A DNA stretch of 64,000 bases from contig OZ024743.1 in the NCBI GenBank assembly GCA_964016885.1, forward strand, positions 131,316,001 through 131,380,000. Reading direction: 5' to 3'. The stretch comes from Eledone cirrhosa. Lineage: Eukaryota. Under the pieces are notes generated by a model that was not told the DNA's origin, searched no databases, and was given only the letters and a program-made list of their open reading frames with translations. Positions 1 to 10,000 of this stretch are shown here, piece by piece (within the stretch, counting starts at the first letter, position 1; each line of letters opens with the position of its first letter). A program made the position numbers and the translations under genes.

Positions 1-3000
1 GGTGTTTGGTGCTTGGTGTTAGGTGTTTGGTGCTTGGTGCTTGGTGTTTGGTGTTTGGTGCTTGGTGTTTGGTGCTTGGTGTTTGGTGTTAGGTGTTTGG
101 TGCTTGGTGTTTGGTGTTTGGTTCTTGGTGTTTGGTGCTTGGTGTTTGGTGCTTGGTGTTTGGTGCTTGGTACTTGGGGCTTGGTCTTTGGTTCTTGGTG
201 TTTGGTGTTTGGTGCTTGGTGCTAGGTGTTTGGTGCTTGGTGCTTGGTGCTGGGTGGTTGGTGTTTGGTGCTTGGTGCTTGGTGTTTGGTGCTTGGTGCT
301 TGGTGCTTGGTGATGGGTGGTTGGTGCTTGGTGCTTGGTCTTTGGTTCATGGTGTTTGGTGTTTGGTGTTTGGTGTTTGGTGTTTGGTGCTTGCTGCTTG
401 GTGCTTCGTGTTAGGTGTTTGGTGCTTGGTGCTTGGTGTTTGGTTTTTGGTGCTTGGTGCTTGGTGTTTGGTGTTTGGTGCTTGCTGCTGGCTGCTTGGT
501 GTTTGATGCTTGGTGATTGGTGCTTGGTGTTTTGTGCTTGGTGTTTGGTGTTTGGTGCTAGGTGCTTGGTGTTTGGTGCTTGGTGCTTGGTGCTTGGTGT
601 TTGGTGTTTGGTTTTAGGTGCTTGGTGCTTGGTGTTTGGTGCTTGGTGCTGGGTGGTTGGTGTTTAGTGCTTGGTGTTTGGTGCTGGGTGCTTGGTGTTT
701 GGTGCTTGGTGCTTGGTCTTTGGTGCTTGGTGTTTGGTGTTTGGTGCTTGGTGCTTGGTGCTTGGTGTTTGGTGCTTGGTGCTTGGTGTTTGGTGCTTGG
801 TGCTTAGTGTTTGGTGCTTGGTGCTTAGTGTTTGGTGTTTGGTGCTTGGTGCTTGGTGTTTGGTGCTTACTGTTTGGTGCTTGGTGCTTGGTGTTTGGTG
901 TTTGCTGTTTGCTGTTTGGTGTTTGTTGTTTGGTGTTTGTTGTTTGGTGTTTGCTGTTTGGTGTTTGGTGTTTGCTTTTTGGTGTTTGGTGTTTGCTGTA
1001 TGTTGTTTGGTGTTTGGTGTTTGGTGTTTGGTGTTTGGTGCTTGTTGCTTGGTGTTTGGTGCTTGGTGCTTGGTGTTTGGTGCCTGGTGCTTGGTGCTAG
1101 GTGCTTGGTGTTTGGTGCTTGGTGCTTGGTGTTTGGTGCTTGGTGCTTGGTGTTTGGTGCCTGGTGCTTGGTGCTTGGTGCTTGGTGTTTGGTGTTTGGT
1201 GCTTGGTACTTGGTGCTTGGAGTTTGGTGTTTGGTGCTTGGTGCTTTGTGTTTTGTGTTTGGTGTTTGGTTTTTGGTGCTTGGTGCTTGGTCCTTGGTGT
1301 TTGGTTCTGGGTGCTTTGTGTTTTGTGCTTGGTGCTTGGTGTTTGGTGTTTGCTGCTTGGTGTTTGATGCTTGGTGCTTGGTGCTTGGTGTTTTGTTTTT
1401 GGTGCTTGGTTCTTGGTGTTTGGTGCTTGGTGCTTGGTACTTGGTGTTTGTACTTGGTGCTTGGTGCTTGGTGTTTGGTTCTTGGTTCTTGGTGTTTGGT
1501 ACTTGGTGCTTGGTGCTTGATGTTTGGTGTTTGGTGCTTGGTGTTTGGTGCTTGGTACTTGGGGCTTGGTGCTTGGTGTTAGGTGTTTGGTGCTTGGTGC
1601 TTGGTGTTTGGTTTTTGGTGCTTGGTGCTTGGTGTTTGGTGTTTGGTGCTTGCTGCTGGCTGCTTGGTGTTTGATGCTTGGTGATTGGTGCTTGGTGTTT
1701 TGTGCTTGGTGTTTGGTGTTTGGTGCTAGGTGCTTGGTGTTTGGTGCTTGGTGCTTGGTGCTTGGTGTTTGGTGTTTGGTGTTAGGTGCTTGATGCTTGG
1801 TGTTTGGTGCTTGGTGCTGGGTGGTTGGTGTTTAGTGCTTGGTGTTTGGTGCTGGGTGCTTGGTGTTTGGTGCTTGGTGCTTGGTCTTTGGTGCTTGGTG
1901 TTTGGTGTTTGGTGCTTGGTGCTTGGTGCTTGGTGTTTGGTGCTTGGTGCTTGGTGTTTGGTGCTTGGTGCTTAGTGTTTGGTGCTTGGTGCTTAGTGTT
2001 TGGTGCTAGGTGCTTGGTGTTTGGTGCTTGGTGCTTGGTGTGTGGTGCCTGGGGCTTGGTGTTTGGTGTTTGGTGTTTGGTGCTTGGTGCTTGGTGTTTG
2101 GTGTTTGCTGTTTGCTGTTTGGTGTTTGTTGTTTGGTGTTTGTTGTTTGGTGTTTGCTGTTTGGTGCTTGGTGTTTGCTTTTTGGTGTTTGGTGTTTGCT
2201 GTATGTTGTTTGCTGTTTGGTGTTTGGTGTTTGGTGTTTGGTGCTTGGTGCTTGGTGTTTGGTGCTTGGTGCTTGGTGTTTGGTGCCTGGTGCTTGGTGC
2301 TTGGTGCTTGGTGTTTGGTGTTTGGTGCTTGGTGCTTGGAGTTTGGTGTTTGGTGCTTGGTGCTTGGTGTTTCGTGTTTCGTGTTTGGTTTTTGGTGCTT
2401 GGTGCTTGGTGCTTGGTCCTTGGTGTTTGGTGCTGGGTGCATTGTGTTTGGTGCTTGGTGCTTGGTGCTTGGTGTTTGGTGTTTGCTGCTTGGTGTTTGA
2501 TGCTTGGTGCTTGGTGCTTGGTGTTTTGTGTTTGGTGCTTGGTGCTTGGTGTTTGGTGCTTGGTGCTTGGTGCTTGGTGTTTGTACTTGGTGCTTGGTGT
2601 TTGGTTCTTGGTTCTTGGTGTTTGGTGTTTGGCATTTGGTGTTTGGTGCTTGGTGCTTGGTGTTTGGTGCTTGGTGCTTGGTGTTTGGTGCCTGGTGCTT
2701 GGTGCTTGGTGCTTGGTGCTTGGTGTTTGGTGTTTGGTTCTTGGTGCTTGGTGCTTGGAGTTTGGTGTTTGGTGCTTGGTGCTTTGTGTTTTGTGTTTGG
2801 TGTTTGGTTTTTGGTGCTTGGTGCTTGGTCCTTGGTGTTTGGTGCTGGGTGTTTGTGTTTGGTGCTTGGTGCTTGGTGTTTGGTGTTTGCTGCTTGGTGT
2901 TTGATGCTTGGTGCTTGGTGCTTGGTGTTTTGTGTTTGGTGCTTGGTGTTTGTACTTGGTGCTTGGTGCTTGGTGTTTGGTTCTTGGTTCTTGGTGTTTG

Positions 3001-6000
3001 GTACTTGGTGCTTGGTGCTTGATGTTTGGTGTTTGGTGCTTGGTGTTTGGTGCTTGGTGCTTGGTGCTTGGTGTTAGGTGTTTGGTGCTTGGTCCTTGGT
3101 GTTTGGTGCTTGGTGTTTGGTGTTTGGTGTTTGCTGTTTGGTGTCTGCTTTTTGGTGTTCAGTGTTTGCTGTATGGTGTTTGGTGTTTGCTGTTTGGTGT
3201 TTGGTCTTTGGTGCTTGGTGTTTGGTGCTTGGTGCTTGGTGTTTGGTGTTTGGTGTTTGGTGCTTGGTGTTTGGTGTTTGGTGCTTGGTGTTTGGTGTTT
3301 GGTGCTTGGTGTCTGGAGCTTGGTGTTTGGTTTTTGGTGCTTGGTGTTTGGTGTTTGGTGTTTGGTGTTTGGTGTTTGGTGCTTGGTGCTTGGTGCGTGG
3401 TGTTTGGTGTTTGGTGCTTGGTGTTTGGTGCTTGGTGCTGGGTGGTTGGTGTTTGGTGCTTGGTGTTTGGTGTTTGGTGTTTGATGCTTGGTGATTGGTG
3501 TTTGGTGATTGGTGCTTGGTGCTTGGTGCTTGGTGCTTGGTGTTTGGTGCTTGGTGCTTGGTGTTTGGTGCTTGGTGCTTGGTGTTTGGTTTTTGGTGCT
3601 TGGTGTTTGGTGTTTGGTGTTTGGTGCTTGCTGCTGGCTGCTTGGTGTTTGATGCATGGTGATTTGTGCTTGGTGATTGGTGTTTGTACTTGGTGCTTGG
3701 TGCTTGGTTCTTGGTGTTTGGTGCTTGGTGCTTGGTGTTTGGTGTTATATGCTTGGTGTTTGATGCTTGGTGCTTGGTGCTTGGTGTTTGGTGTTTGGTG
3801 TTTGATGCTTGGTGCTTGGTGTTTGGTGCTTGGTGCTTGGTGTTTGTACTTGGTGCTTGGTGCTTGGTGCTTGGTGTTTGGTGCTTGGTGTTTGGTGCTT
3901 GGTGCTTGGTGCTTGGTCCTTGGTGCTTGGTGTTTGGTGGTAGGTGTTTGGTGGTAGGTGTTAGGTGTTTGGTGCTTGGTGCTTGGTGTTTGGTGTTTGG
4001 TGCTTGGTGTTTGGTGTTTGGTGCTTGGTGTTTGGTGCTTGGTACTTGGTGCTTGGTGCTTGGTGTTAGGTGTTTGGTGCTTGGTGTTTGGTGCTTGGTG
4101 TTTGGTGCTTGGTGCTTGGTGCTTGGTGCTTGGTGTTTGGTGGTTGGTGTTTGGTGCTTGGTGTTTGGTGCTTGGTGTTACGTGTTTGGTGCTTGGTGCT
4201 TGGTGTTTGGTGTTTGGTGCTTGGTGTTTGGTGTTTGGTGCTTGGTGTTTGGTGCTTTTTGCTTGGTGCTTGGTGCTTGGTGTTTGGTGCTGGGTGCTTG
4301 GTGCTTGGTGTTTGGTGTTATATGCTTGGTGTTTGATGCTTGGTGCTTGGTGCTTGGTGTTTGGTGTTTGGTGCTTGGTGTTTGATGCTTGGTGCTTCGT
4401 GCTTGGTGTTTGGTGCTTGGTGTTTGGTGTTTGGTGCTTGGTGTTTGGTGTTTGGTGCTTGGTGTTTGGTGCTTGGTACTTGGTGCTTGGTGCTTGGTGT
4501 TAGGTGTTTGGTGCTTGGTGTTTGGTGCTTGGTGTTTGGTGGTTGGTGTTTGGTGCTTGGTGTTAGGTGTTTGGTGCTTGGTGCTTGGTGTTTGGTGTTT
4601 GGTGCTTGGTGTTTGGTGTTTGGTGCTTGGTGTTTGGTGCTTTTTGCTTGGTGCTTGGTGCTTGCTGTTTGGTGCTTGGTTCTTGGTGTTTGGTGCTGGG
4701 TGCTTGGTGTTTGGTGTTTGGTGTTATATGCTTGGTGTTTGATGCTTGGTGCTTGGTGCTTGGTGTTTGGTGTTTGGTGCTTGGTGTTTGATGCTTGGTG
4801 CTTGGTGCTTGGTGTTTGGTGCTTGGTGCTTGGTGCTTGGTGTTTGGTGCTTGTTGTTTGGTGCTTGGTGTTTGGTGCTTGCTGCTTGGTGCTTGGTGTT
4901 TGGTGGTTGGTGCTTGGTGCTTGGTGTTAGGTGTTTGGTGCTTGGTGCTTGGTGTTTGGTGTTTGGTGCTTGGTGTTTGGTGTTTGGTGTTTGGTGTTTG
5001 GTGCTTGGTACTTGGTGCTTGGTGCTTGGTGTTAGGTGTTTGGTGCTTGGTGTTTGGTGTCTGGTTCTTGGTGTTTGGTGCTTGGTGCTTGGTGTTTGGT
5101 GCTTGGTGCTTGGTGTTTGGTGCTTGGTGTTTGGTGCTTGGTGTTTGGTGCTTGGTGTTTGGTGCTTGGTGTTAGGTGTTTGGTGCTTGGTGCTTGGTGT
5201 TAGGTGTTTGGTGCTTGGTGTTTGGTGCTTGGTGATTGGTGATAGGTGTTTGGTGCTTGGTGTTTGGTGTTTGGTGCTAGGTGCTTGGTGTTTGGTGCTT
5301 GGTGCTTGGTGTTTGTACTTGGTGCTTGGTGCTTGGTTCTTGGTGTTTGGTGCTTGGTGCTTGGTGTTTGGTGCTTGGTGCTTGGTGTTTGGTGCTTGGT
5401 GTTTGGTGCTTGGTGTTTGGTGCTTGGTGTTTGGTGCTTGGTGTTAGGTGTTTGGTGCTTGGTGCTTGGTGTTAGGTGTTTGGTGCTTGGTATTTGGTGC
5501 TTGGTGTTTGGTGCTTGGTGCTTGGTGCTTGGTGCTTGGTGTTTGGTGGTTGGTGTTTGGTGCTTGGTGTTAGGTGTTTGGAGCTTGGTGCTTGGTGTTT
5601 GGTGTTTGGTGCTTGGTGTTTGGTGTTTGTACTTGGTGCTTGGTGCTTGGTGCTTGGTGTTTGGTGCTTGGTATTTGGTGCTTGGTTCTTGGTGCTTGGT
5701 CCTTGGTGCTTGGTGTTTGGTGGTTGGTGTTTGGTGGTTGGTGTTAGGTGTTTGGTGCTTGGTGCTTGGTGTTTGGTGTTTGGTGCTTGGTGTTTGGTGT
5801 TTGGTGCTTGGTGTTTGGTGCTTGGTACTTGGTGCTTGGTGCTTGGTGTTAGGTGTTTGGTGCTTGGTGTTTGGTGCTTGGTGTTTGGTGCTTGGTGTTT
5901 GGTGCTTGGTGTTTGGTGGTTGGTGTTTTGTGCTTGGTGTTTGGTGCTTGGTGTTACGTGTTTGGTGCTTGGTGCTTGGTGTTTGGTGTTTGGTGCTTGG

Positions 6001-7095
6001 TGTTTGGTGTTTGGTGCTTGGTGTTTGGTGCTTTTTGCTTGGTGCTTGCTGCTTGGTGTTTGGTGCTGGGTGCTTGGTGCTTGGTGTTTGGTGTTATATG
6101 CATGGTGTTTGATGCTTGGTGCTTGGTGCTTGGTGTTTGGTGTTTGGTGCTTGGTGTTTGATGCTTGGTGCTTGGTGCTTGGTGTTTGGTTCTTGGTTCT
6201 TGGTGTTTGGTACTTGGTGCTTGGTGCTTGATGTTTGGTGTTTGGTGCTTGGTGTTTGGTGCTTGGTGCTTGGTGCTTGGTGTTAGGTGTTTGGTGCTTG
6301 GTCCTTGGTGTTTGGTGCTTGGTGTTTGGTGTTTGCTGTTTGGTGTTAGGTGTTTGGTGCTTGGTGCTTGGTGTCTGGTTTTTGGTGCTTGGTGCTTGGT
6401 GTTTGGTGCTTGCTGCTGGCTGCTTGGTGATTGGTGCTTGGTGATTGGTGCTTGGTGTTTGGTGTTTGGTGCTAGGTGCTTGGTGTTTGGTGCTTGGTGC
6501 TTGGTGTTTGGTGCTTGGTGCTTGGTGTTTGGTGCTTGGTGTTTGGTGCTTGGTGTTTGGTGCTTGGTGCTTGGTGCTTGGTGTTTGGTGCTTGGTGTTT
6601 GGTGCTTGGTGTTAGGTGTTTGGTGCTTGGTGCTTGGTGTTTGGTGTTTGGTGCTTGGTGTTTGGTGTTTGGTGTTATATGCTTGGTGTTTGATGCTTGG
6701 TGCTTGGTGCTTGGTGTTTGGTGCTTGGTGTTTGATGCTTGGTGCTTGGTGCTTGGTGTTTGGTGCTTGGTGCTTGGTGTTTGTACTTGGTGCTTGGTGC
6801 TTGGTTCTTGGTGTTTGGTTCTTGGTGTTTGGTGTTTGGTGCTTGGTGTTTGGTGTTTGGTGTTATATGCTTGGTGTTTGATGCTTGGTGCTTGGTGCTT
6901 GGTGTTTGGTGCTTGGTGTTTGATGCTTGGTGTTTGGTGCTTGGTGTTTGGTGCTTGGTGCTTGGTGTTTGTACTTGGTGCTTGGTGCTTGGTTCTTGGT
7001 GTTTGGTGCTTGGTGCTTGGTGTTTGGTGCTTGGTGTTTGGTGCTTGGTGTTTGGTGCTTGGTGTTTGGTGCTTGGTGCTTGGTGCTTAGTGCTT
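1..7095. repeat. Long HOR, copy 1 (period 7,095 bp to copy 2; start point arbitrary)
   Basis: Near-identical ORF-track entries recur at +7095 (93->7188, 618->7713, 832->7927, 1786->8881). The landmark GGGGCTT-GGTCTTT-GGTTCTT occurs at 176 and 7271. Confidence 0.92.
410..2300. repeat. Older internal duplication (period 1,168 bp) inside the variant-rich module, present in the long-HOR copies
   Basis: ORFs 562->1730 and 618->1786 are offset by 1168. The two halves share variant order but differ at several sites. Confidence 0.8.
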
Positions 7096-10000
7096 GGTGT
7101 TTGGTGCTTGGTGTTAGGTGTTTGGTGCTTGGTGCTTGGTGTTTGGTGTTTGGTGCTTGGTGTTTGGTGCTTGGTGTTTGGTGTTAGGTGTTTGGTGCTT
7201 GGTGTTTGGTGTTTGGTTCTTGGTGTTTGGTGCTTGGTGTTTGGTGCTTGGTGTTTGGTGCTTGGTACTTGGGGCTTGGTCTTTGGTTCTTGGTGTTTGG
7301 TGTTTGGTGCTTGGTGCTTGGTGTTTGGTGCTTGGTGCTTGGTGCTGGGTGGTTGGTGTTTGGTGCTTGGTGCTTGGTGTTTGGTGCTTGGTGCTTGGTG
7401 CTTGGTGCTGGGTGGTTGGTGCTTGGTGCTTGGTCTTTGGTTCATGGTGTTTGGTGTTTGGTGTTTGGTGTTTGGTGTTTGGTGCTTGCTGCTTGGTGCT
7501 TCGTGTTAGGTGTTTGGTGCTTGGTGCTTGGTGTTTGGTTTTTGGTGCTTGGTGCTTGGTGTTTGGTGTTTGGTGCTTGCTGCTGGCTGCTTGGTGTTTG
7601 ATGCTTGGTGATTGGTGCTTGGTGTTTTGTGCTTGGTGTTTGGTGTTTGGTGCTAGGTGCTTGGTGTTTGGTGCTTGGTGCTTGGTGCTTGGTGTTTGGT
7701 GTTTGGTTTTAGGTGCTTGGTGCTTGGTGTTTGGTGCTTGGTGCTGGGTGGTTGGTGTTTAGTGCTTGGTGTTTGGTGCTGGGTGCTTGGTGTTTGGTGC
7801 TTGGTGCTTGGTCTTTGGTGCTTGGTGTTTGGTGTTTGGTGCTTGGTGCTTCGTGCTTGGTGTTTGGTGCTTGGTGCTTGGTGTTTGGTGCTTGGTGCTT
7901 AGTGTTTGGTGCTTGGTGCTTAGTGTTTGGTGTTTGGTGCTTGGTGCTTGGTGTTTGGTGCTTACTGTTTGGTGCTTGGTGCTTGGTGTTTGGTGTTTGC
8001 TGTTTGCTGTTTGGTGTTTGTTGTTTGGTGTTTGTTGTTTGGTGTTTGCTGTTTGGTGTTTGGTGTTTGCTTTTTGGTGTTTGGTGTTTGCTGTATGTTG
8101 TTTGGTGTTTGGTGTTTGGTGTTTGGTGTTTGGTGCTTGTTGCTTGGTGTTTGGTGCTTGGTGCTTGGTGTTTGGTGCCTGGTGCTTGGTGCTAGGTGCT
8201 TGGTGTTTGGTGCTTGGTGCTTGGTGTTTGGTGCTTGGTGCTTGGTGTTTGGTGCCTGGTGCTTGGTGCTTGGTGCTTGGTGTTTGGTGTTTGGTGCTTG
8301 GTGCTTGGTGCTTGGAGTTTGGTGTTTGGTGCTTGGTGCTTTGTGTTTTGTGTTTGGTGTTTGGTTTTTGGTGCTTGGTGCTTGGTCCTTGGTGTTTGGT
8401 TCTGGGTGCTTTGTGTTTTGTGCTTGGTGCTTGGTGTTTGGTGTTTGCTGCTTGGTGTTTGATGCTTGGTGCTTGGTGCTTGGTGTTTTGTTTTTGGTGC
8501 TTGGTTCTTGGTGTTTGGTGCTTGGTGCTTGGTACTTGGTGTTTGTACTTGGTGCTTGGTGCTTGGTGTTTGGTTCTTGGTTCTTGGTGTTTGGTACTTG
8601 GTGCTTGGTGCTTGATGTTTGGTGTTTGGTGCTTGGTGTTTGGTGCTTGGTACTTGGTGCTTGGTGCTTGGTGTTAGGTGTTTGGTGCTTGGTGCTTGGT
8701 GTTTGGTTTTTGGTGCTTGGTGCTTGGTGTTTGGTGTTTGGTGCTTGCTGCTGGCTGCTTGGTGTTTGATGCTTGGTGATTGGTGCTTGGTGTTTTGTGC
8801 TTGGTGTTTGGTGTTTGGTGCTAGGTGCTTGGTGTTTGGTGCTTGGTGCTTGGTGCTTGGTGTTTGGTGTTTGGTGTTAGGTGCTTGATGCTTGGTGTTT
8901 GGTGCTTGGTGCTGGGTGGTTGGTGTTTAGTGCTTGGTGTTTGGTGCTGGGTGCTTGGTGTTTGGTGCTTGGTGCTTGGTCTTTGGTGCTTGGTGTTTGG
9001 TGTTTGGTGCTTGGTGCTTGGTGCTTGGTGTTTGGTGCTTGGTGCTTGGTGTTTGGTGCTTGGTGCTTAGTGTTTGGTGCTTGGTGCTTAGTGTTTGGTG
9101 CTAGGTGCTTGGTGTTTGGTGCTTGGTGCTTGGTGTGTGGTGCCTGGTGCTTGGTGTTTGGTGTTTGGTGTTTGGTGCTTGGTGCTTGGTGTTTGGTGTT
9201 TGCTGTTTGCTGTTTGGTGTTTGTTGTTTGGTGTTTGTTGTTTGGTGTTTGCTGTTTGGTGCTTGGTGTTTGCTTTTTGGTGTTTGGTGTTTGCTGTATG
9301 TTGTTTGCTGTTTGGTGTTTGGTGTTTGGTGTTTGGTGCTTGGTGCTTGGTGTTTGGTGCTTGGTGCTTGGTGTTTGGTGCCTGGTGCTTGGTGCTTGGT
9401 GCTTGGTGTTTGGTGTTTGGTGCTTGGTGCTTGGAGTTTGGTGTTTGGTGCTTGGTGCTTGGTGTTTCGTGTTTCGTGTTTGGTTTTTGGTGCTTGGTGC
9501 TTGGTGCTTGGTCCTTGGTGTTTGGTGCTGGGTGCATTGTGTTTGGTGCTTGGTGCTTGGTGCTTGGTGTTTGGTGTTTGCTGCTTGGTGTTTGATGCTT
9601 GGTGCTTGGTGCTTGGTGTTTTGTGTTTGGTGCTTGGTGCTTGGTGTTTGGTGCTTGGTGCTTGGTGCTTGGTGTTTGTACTTGGTGCTTGGTGTTTGGT
9701 TCTTGGTTCTTGGTGTTTGGTGTTTGGCATTTGGTGTTTGGTGCTTGGTGCTTGGTGTTTGGTGCTTGGTGCTTGGTGTTTGGTGCCTGGTGCTTGGTGC
9801 TTGGTGCTTGGTGCTTGGTGTTTGGTGTTTGGTGCTTGGTGCTTGGTGCTTGGAGTTTGGTGTTTGGTGCTTGGTGCTTTGTGTTTTGTGTTTGGTGTTT
9901 GGTTTTTGGTGCTTGGTGCTTGGTCCTTGGTGTTTGGTGCTGGGTGTTTGTGTTTGGTGCTTGGTGCTTGGTGTTTGGTGTTTGCTGCTTGGTGTTTGAT

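Noticed and set aside
15-28. TTAGG (insect telomere motif) formed at GGTGTTA-GGTG junctions
   Set aside because: It is never tandem and arises from a single T>A variant of the heptamer.
247-262. Chi-like GCTGGGTGG
   Set aside because: It is not the E. coli Chi octamer GCTGGTGG, and the resemblance is expected from the base composition.
1993-3657. Longest minus-strand ORF (554 aa, KHQAPST repeats, superficially mucin-like)
   Set aside because: It has no non-repetitive domain or signal peptide, and the equivalent region in copies 2-4 is broken into 149-209-aa pieces. Its length depends on a chance 98-bp deletion.
5060-5230. 147-bp (21-unit) length difference matching nucleosome core length
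   Set aside because: Other indels are 21, 28, 98, 126, 153, 154 and 413 bp, so there is no evident preference for 147.
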